In this document: positions 58,836 to 64,000 of the stretch, in pieces | How positions within the stretch are numbered: the stretch's first letter is position 1 | How the letters are laid out: every line of letters starts with the position of its first letter | NCBI GenBank assembly: GCA_001818495.1 | Contig: MHKS01000004.1 | Span: 84,657 to 148,656, forward strand | Source: Candidatus Komeilibacteria bacterium RIFOXYD1_FULL_37_29 | GTDB taxonomy: Bacteria > Patescibacteriota > Patescibacteriia > UBA1558 > GWA2-36-10 | Length of the DNA: 64,000 nt | Reading direction: 5' to 3' | Program-made: the position numbers and the translations under genes | Notes under the pieces: model-generated | The model's input: the letters and a program-made list of their open reading frames with translations, nothing else | What the model was told of the DNA's origin: nothing | The model's database searches: none

Positions 58836-58929
58836 CTAAGGTTAGCTAAATTTTTTGATTATTAATAATTTGAAAAAAGCAGCTACTTCTGTTAAAATTA
58901 AAAGCACAAAAGGATTATAATAAAAATAT

Positions 58930-59472
58930 ATGACTAAAGAAAAAAAATACGCTAGACCAACTTGGGATGATTATTTTATGGCTGTGGCTAAGATAGTCGG
59001 TACTCGTAGTTCTTGCGATCGTTTACGAGCGGGCGCAGTTTTAGTGAAGGATAAGCGTATTATATCTACTGGATACAATGGGGCACCTTCTGGGCTGGAA
59101 AGCTGTGATGAGGTTGGACACTTAATGGAGGAAGGACATTGTGTCAGGACTATTCATGGCGAACACAATGCCATATTACAAGCGGCTATTATCAGCGGTG
59201 CTAGTACCCAAGGTACGACTATGTATAGCAAATATAATCCCTGTATTCATTGTTCCAAGTATATAGTAGCCGCTGGTGTGGCCAGAGTAGTTTTTAGTAA
59301 AATTTATCGTAATTCCAAAGCAGTAGATTATTTAAGACAGGCTGGTGTCAAAGTAGAAGAGTACAAAGAAAACGAAGATTGGAATGATAACATCAAAGAT
59401 TTATTTTCTGAAGATATCGAAGTAATAAAACCCAAAGAAGGTGATGTCAAAATGGAAGGAGAAATAGATTAA
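58930..59472 (+). CDS. dCMP deaminase (ComEB-like)
   Basis: Zinc motifs HGEHNAILQA and PCIHCSKYI. Confidence 0.85.
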   Translation: MTKEKKYARPTWDDYFMAVAKIVGTRSSCDRLRAGAVLVKDKRIISTGYNGAPSGLESCDEVGHLMEEGHCVRTIHGEHNAILQAAIISGASTQGTTMYSKYNPCIHCSKYIVAAGVARVVFSKIYRNSKAVDYLRQAGVKVEEYKENEDWNDNIKDLFSEDIEVIKPKEGDVKMEGEID

Positions 59473-60017
59473 TGAGTAAAATAATTTTAGGGTTTACCGG
59501 ACTGATGGCTTGTGGCAAAGGAACAGCCGCTAAATATTATAAAGAAAAATATAGCGCGCCAACTTTTCGTTTTTCTACATCGATGCGTGATTTACTAGAT
59601 CGTCTCTATTTGCCACAGTCTAGAGAAAATATGAGTACCATTTCGCGAATTACTCGAGAAGCTTTTGGCCAAGACTTGTATGCCAAAGTTATGGCTGGTG
59701 ATGTCGGTAAAGCCGAGCATGATATAGTGATAGTAGAAGGTATCCGCCGAATGGATGATGTCAAAGAATTAAAAAAATTGTCAAATTTTAAATTGGTAGC
59801 CATTGAAGCTGACATGAAAACTCGTTATGAGAGATTAAAAGTCCGAGGTGAAAATTCTGATGATGCTAGCAAAACTTGGGAGCAGTTTCAAAAAGATCAC
59901 CAGCTCGAGACAGAGATTAGTATTCCACCAGTGATGGCCAAAGCAGATATTGTGGTAGATAACAACGGTTCAGTGGAAGATTTTTATAAACAATTAGACA
60001 AATTGGTTATTCGCTAA
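59472..60017 (+). CDS. P-loop nucleotide/(deoxy)nucleoside-monophosphate kinase-like protein
   Basis: Walker A GLMACGKGT at the N-terminus. Its start overlaps the deaminase stop (TAATG) inside the dNTP cluster. Substrate unknown. Confidence 0.45.
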   Translation: MSKIILGFTGLMACGKGTAAKYYKEKYSAPTFRFSTSMRDLLDRLYLPQSRENMSTISRITREAFGQDLYAKVMAGDVGKAEHDIVIVEGIRRMDDVKELKKLSNFKLVAIEADMKTRYERLKVRGENSDDASKTWEQFQKDHQLETEISIPPVMAKADIVVDNNGSVEDFYKQLDKLVIR

Positions 60018-60032
60018 GCTCCGTATAATAAA

Positions 60033-60929
60033 ATGAAACAATATTTAGATTTACTAAAGAAAATAATGGATGAAGGCGTCGATAAGAGCGACCGCACTGG
60101 TGTGGGTACGCGCAGTGTTTTTGGTGCGCAAGCTAGATTTGATTTGTCCGAAGGTTTTCCGCTGCTGACCACTAAAAAAATGTTTTTAAAAGCTATTATT
60201 CATGAGCTGATTTGGTTTGTGAAAGGTGACACCAATATCAAGTATTTGGTGGACAATGGCGTGCGTATTTGGAATGAATGGCCTTATCAAAAGTATCTAG
60301 AAACTAACGGCTGGGTGGAAAAATATCCCAAATATACTCCCGAGTGGGAAGAGAAAATGGCCGGATTTGTGGAGAATATAAAAAATGACGCCCAGTTTGC
60401 TAAACAGTGGGGTGAGCTCGGACCGGTTTATGGTAAGCAGTGGCGTGATTTTGGTGGAGTAGATCAGCTCAAAGATGTAATTGAGAGAATAAAGACCAAA
60501 CCAAATGATAGACGGATGATAGTCTCGGCTTGGAATCCTCCAGAAATTCCTCAAATGGCTTTGCCACCTTGTCATTTGCTTTTTCAATTTTATGTCGCGA
60601 ACGGTAAATTGTCACTGCAAATGTATCAACGCAGCTGCGATACTTTTTTGGGCGTACCTTTTAACATTGCTTCTTATTCATTACTCCTTATGATGATCGC
60701 TCAAGTGACTGGTCTTCAGCCTGGTACTTTTGTCCATGTCTATGGTGATTTGCATATTTATACCAATCACTTTGGACAGGTCAAAGAACAATTGTCACGT
60801 CAGCCCAAGAAACTGCCAACTATGAAAATTAATCCGGCTGTCAAAAATATTGAAGATTTTGTGTTTGAAGATTTTACCTTAGAGGGTTATGATCCTCATC
60901 CGACTATTAAAGCACCAATTGCTGTATAA
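60033..60929 (+). CDS. thyA: Thymidylate synthase ThyA
   Basis: ...[10 protein letters not shown]...[12 protein letters not shown] (catalytic Cys)...DLHIYTNH. Confidence 0.9.
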   Translation: MKQYLDLLKKIMDEGVDKSDRTGVGTRSVFGAQARFDLSEGFPLLTTKKMFLKAIIHELIWFVKGDTNIKYLVDNGVRIWNEWPYQKYLETNGWVEKYPKYTPEWEEKMAGFVENIKNDAQFAKQWGELGPVYGKQWRDFGGVDQLKDVIERIKTKPNDRRMIVSAWNPPEIPQMALPPCHLLFQFYVANGKLSLQMYQRSCDTFLGVPFNIASYSLLLMMIAQVTGLQPGTFVHVYGDLHIYTNHFGQVKEQLSRQPKKLPTMKINPAVKNIEDFVFEDFTLEGYDPHPTIKAPIAV

Positions 60930-60932
60930 AAT

Positions 60933-61382
60933 ATGGAGAATTTAATTAAAAATAATTTGATAATAGAATTACATGTTCCAGATTTAGAGGTCATAAAATC
61001 TTTCTACTCTAAATTGGGTTTTGTAATCACCATGGATGATCAAGTCAATGATAAAGAACTTGGTTATTTAACAATGACCAGAAAAGACGATTTGGGAAAT
61101 ACGATGTTAAATTTTTATGGGGGAGATGATAGAGTATATAACCAAGCCTATTTTAAACAATTCCCCAAGGATACTAAAAGAGCTTATGCTTCAGAGGTTA
61201 CTATACCGATTAAGGATATAGAGGTAATTTATAAATTAGCAACAACTCACTTGAAAAAATATATAGTTAGAGAACTGGTCGAGAAAGAAGATCATAAACA
61301 TAAGTGGAAAGATTTTCGTATGGAAGATCCTTTTGGATTTTATTTAAGATTTACAGAATTGTTAAATTGGGGGCAACAATAA
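60933..61382 (+). CDS. VOC/glyoxalase-fold protein
   Basis: ELHVPDLEVIKSFYSKLGF...FRMEDPFGFYLRF. Confidence 0.45.
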   Translation: MENLIKNNLIIELHVPDLEVIKSFYSKLGFVITMDDQVNDKELGYLTMTRKDDLGNTMLNFYGGDDRVYNQAYFKQFPKDTKRAYASEVTIPIKDIEVIYKLATTHLKKYIVRELVEKEDHKHKWKDFRMEDPFGFYLRFTELLNWGQQ

Positions 61383-61385
61383 AAT

Positions 61386-61874
61386 ATGAAAAAACCAATT
61401 ATTAGTTTAATAGCAGCCGTTACCAAAGACAGAGGCATTGGGTATCAAAATAAATTACTGGTGCATTTGCCACCTGATTTAAAGCATTTTAAGGAAGTTA
61501 CCTCTGGTCATATGGTGATTATGGGGCAGACCACTTATCAGTCTATGGGTAAAGCTTTGCCTGGTCGAGAAAACATAGTTTTGACTCGTGATCAAAATTT
61601 TAAAGTTGGTGATGCTAAAGTAATGTATTCCATTGAAGAAGCACTGGAATATATCAAGTCTTCTTCCGAAGAAGAAGTATTTTTTATTGGTGGAGCGTCT
61701 ATTTATGCTCAAGCTATTAAGTTTGCCGATAAATTATATTTAACTTTGATAGATCAGATTTATCCAGCTGATACATTTTTTCCTGAGTATGCCAGTGGTT
61801 TTACTTTAGTGTCAGAGTCCGAAGAACAGGATTATAATGGTATTAAATTTAAATACACAGAATTAACCAGATAA
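61386..61874 (+). CDS. folA: Dihydrofolate reductase
   Basis: ISLIAAVTKDRGIG...VIMGQTTYQSMG...PGRENIVLT...FIGGASIY. Confidence 0.85.
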   Translation: MKKPIISLIAAVTKDRGIGYQNKLLVHLPPDLKHFKEVTSGHMVIMGQTTYQSMGKALPGRENIVLTRDQNFKVGDAKVMYSIEEALEYIKSSSEEEVFFIGGASIYAQAIKFADKLYLTLIDQIYPADTFFPEYASGFTLVSESEEQDYNGIKFKYTELTR

Positions 61875-61879
61875 ATCTT

Positions 61880-62122
61880 ATGTGGGACTTAATATCACAG
61901 TGGTTCATTGCTATCTTAGGAGTAGTGGCTATTGTCATGGTAGCCAAGAAAAATAAATGGGGTTTTGTGATCGGTTTAATTTCTCAGCCATTTTGGTTTA
62001 TTACTTCTTTTTCAAATCGTCAGTGGGGAGTGTTTATTATGAGTTTTGCCGCTACAGCTAGTTGGATATTGGGTATTTATGAATGGTTTTATAAAAAAGA
62101 AAAAAATGAAAATAAAAGCTAA
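61880..62122 (+). CDS. Small two-TM membrane protein
   Basis: 80 aa hydrophobic. Overlaps the dut start by 17 nt. Confidence 0.35.
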   Translation: MWDLISQWFIAILGVVAIVMVAKKNKWGFVIGLISQPFWFITSFSNRQWGVFIMSFAATASWILGIYEWFYKKEKNENKS

Positions 62123-62528
62123 AAAATTATATCCTGATGCTATACTTCCTCAGACCATGAGAGCTGGCGATGCGGCCATGGATTTTTATGCTTATAAAGA
62201 TTATCAGATCAAAGCTGGTCAGAGGATAGTAGTTAGCACTGGTGTAGCGATTGCTATTCCTGATGGTTATTGGGGCAATGTCCGTGATCGGGGTGGTTTG
62301 GCCGCCAAACACGGTATTCATACCATGGCTGGTGTGCTGGATTCTAATTATCGGGGTGAAGTGCAGGTAGTGATAATAAATTTGGGTAGGGAAGATTATA
62401 ATATTAAAAAAGGCGATCGTATTTGTCAGATGATTATTGAGCGTCATGAGCAAGTAGAATTGGAAGAAACGGAAGAGCTAGATGAAACGAATCGGGGCGA
62501 GGGTCGTTTTGCTTCTAGCGGATATTAG
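62106..62528 (+). CDS. dut: dUTP pyrophosphatase
   Basis: ...AGVLDSNYRGEVQVVIINLG...GDRICQMII. Start moved to the internal ATG (140 aa). Confidence 0.85.
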   Translation: MKIKAKKLYPDAILPQTMRAGDAAMDFYAYKDYQIKAGQRIVVSTGVAIAIPDGYWGNVRDRGGLAAKHGIHTMAGVLDSNYRGEVQVVIINLGREDYNIKKGDRICQMIIERHEQVELEETEELDETNRGEGRFASSGY

Positions 62529-62631
62529 TAAATTTAAATTATATAGGTTAATGTTTAGGTCACTATTTTAATTTCACGCGAATTTCGGCGAAGCCGAGAG
62601 CAGGGAAATTAAAATAGTGACAGTAATAAAT

Positions 62632-63252
62632 ATGCATAAAGGAAAATTTATAGTCATGGAAGGAGGAGACAAATCTGGCAAAACCACCCAGATTGCTTTG
62701 CTGGAAAAATATTTAAAATCCAAAGGCCTCGAAGTAATTTTGACCAGAGAACCAGGTGGCAAAGATTCTATTATTGCTGAAAAAATTCGAGCCATAATTT
62801 TGGACAAAAACCATACCAAGATGAACAAACGGACAGAGTTGTTGCTTTTTTTGGCTTCTCGAGCTCAACATGTGTCAGAAGTAGTAGAGCCGGCTTTGGC
62901 TGCCGGTCAAGTAGTATTATCGGATCGTTTTGATTCTTCTACTTTTGCTTATCAGGTAGCGGCTCGTAATCTAGAACTAGAAAAAATAAAGGATATGAAT
63001 AACTGGGCTAAATATGGTTTAGAAGCAGACTTGATTATTTATTTGGATATTTCTGCCAGTGAAGCTGAAAATAGACGCCGTGACGAAAAACATGATAGAC
63101 TAGATAGAGAAACGCAAGCCTTTCATGAGGCGGTCAGACAGGGGTATCTCAGTCAGGCTAAAGATAATAATCGATGGTTTGTAGTTTCGGCTGTTGGTAC
63201 TATAGAAGAAATTTCTCAAAAAATAAATAAAAAAGTCGATAGTATTTTATGA
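62632..63252 (+). CDS. tmk: Thymidylate kinase
   Basis: FIVMEGGDKSGKTTQ...TREPGG...DRF. Start moved to the MHKGKF ATG. Confidence 0.85.
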   Translation: MHKGKFIVMEGGDKSGKTTQIALLEKYLKSKGLEVILTREPGGKDSIIAEKIRAIILDKNHTKMNKRTELLLFLASRAQHVSEVVEPALAAGQVVLSDRFDSSTFAYQVAARNLELEKIKDMNNWAKYGLEADLIIYLDISASEAENRRRDEKHDRLDRETQAFHEAVRQGYLSQAKDNNRWFVVSAVGTIEEISQKINKKVDSIL

Positions 63253-64000
63253 ATAAATACGAAACAATTATTGGATTAGAAATTCACTTACAGCTCAAGA
63301 CCAAGAGTAAGATGTTTTGTGCCTGTTCCAATGATGCTGATGGTCAGGATCCCAATACTTTAGTTTGTCCGATTTGTTTGGGCCATCCCGGTACTTTGCC
63401 GGCCGTCAATAAAGAAGCCATTAAGATGGGTTTACTGATGGCTTTGGCTTTAAATTGTAAAATCAATAAGCATTCCAAATTTGATCGCAAAAATTATTTT
63501 TATCCGGATTTACCCAAGGGTTATCAGATATCTCAATTTGACGAGCCCTTGTCTCACGATGGGCATTTGATTATTGAACTAGATAACCAAACTTGGAGCA
63601 TTGGTATCGAAAGACTTCATTTGGAGGAAGATGCCGCTAAAAATATTCATAAAGATAATAAGACCTTGGTGGATTATAATCGCGCTGGTACACCACTGGC
63701 CGAGATAGTGACTAAACCAGATTTTAAAAGTCCCAAAGAAACCAGAGAATTTTTACAACAGCTTAGGTTGATTGCTCGTTATTTGGGAGTATCTGATGCT
63801 GATATGGAAAAAGGCCACTTGCGTTGTGATGCCAATATATCTCTTAGACCCATTGGCGATCATGATCTTTATCCGAAAACAGAAATTAAAAATTTGAATT
63901 CCTTTCGAGCAGTGGAGAAAGCTTTGCTCTTTGAAGAAAAAAGACAAGCGGAGCTTTGGAGTAAGGGACAAGCACCGCAAACTACCGAAACACGCGGTTG
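63249..64000 (+). CDS. gatB: Asp/Glu-tRNA amidotransferase subunit B, 3'-truncated at window edge
   Basis: ATGA overlap with the tmk stop. MNKYETIIGLEIHLQLKTKSKMFCAC...NRAGTPL, the GatB N-terminal signature. Absent from the ORF track because it runs off the window. Confidence 0.85.
   Translation, partial: MNKYETIIGLEIHLQLKTKSKMFCACSNDADGQDPNTLVCPICLGHPGTLPAVNKEAIKMGLLMALALNCKINKHSKFDRKNYFYPDLPKGYQISQFDEPLSHDGHLIIELDNQTWSIGIERLHLEEDAAKNIHKDNKTLVDYNRAGTPLAEIVTKPDFKSPKETREFLQQLRLIARYLGVSDADMEKGHLRCDANISLRPIGDHDLYPKTEIKNLNSFRAVEKALLFEEKRQAELWSKGQAPQTTETRG

Noticed and set aside
62046-62105. Extended start of the dut ORF at 62046
   Set aside because: The N-terminal extension overlaps the preceding small membrane ORF and is absent from dUTPases. 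The ATG at 62106 gives a standard 140-aa Dut.

Overview
This is a 64 kb low-G+C window whose genes are mostly short, tightly packed and lack strong Shine-Dalgarno sequences. It looks like a reduced genome of Candidate Phyla Radiation / Patescibacteria type; that is an inference. It uses the standard stop codons. The themes below are called from protein motifs read directly from the six-frame translations. (1) A type IV secretion (T4SS)-like module: a VirB6/TrbL-like polytopic protein (899-4270) and, about 5 kb away, a PrgI/VirB3-like protein, a VirB4 ATPase split into two translationally coupled ORFs, a candidate VirB8-like protein, a TolB-like beta-propeller and a VirB2-like pilin with a cysteine-rich tail (9020-16549). 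No VirD4 or VirB11 is present. (2) A complete monoderm-style type IV pilus / competence-pilus locus (30969-44799): pilM, pilN-like, pilO-like, pilB, a standalone REC domain, a PilT-like protein with all ATPase motifs substituted, pilC, pilA, pilD, three minor pilins and a PilX-like protein. It sits just downstream of two very large secreted repeat proteins (26017-30889). One pilin-like gene (41298-42509) carries a C-terminal Hint / bacterial-intein-like domain, which I consider the most notable feature. (3) Housekeeping genes: rpsF-ssb-rpsR-efp, recG, comF, clpC, htpX, lemA, ligA, gatCA, dsbA-like, lgt, rplT-rpmI-infC (ATT start), smpB with an adjacent tmRNA that the ORF track leaves blank, and a thymidylate cluster (dCMP deaminase-kinase-thyA-VOC-folA-dut-tmk) followed by gatB. 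(4) Five tRNAs (Ser-TGA, Arg, Ser-GCT, Asp-GTC). Two are preceded by partial 5' duplicates of themselves plus G+C-rich hairpins. A visibly G+C-richer, strong-SD three-gene pyrimidine island (pyrD-pyrF-PRTase) abuts tRNA-Asp. (5) An EamA/DMT transporter fused to a riboflavin-kinase domain. No CRISPR array, rRNA, transposase or integrase was seen.
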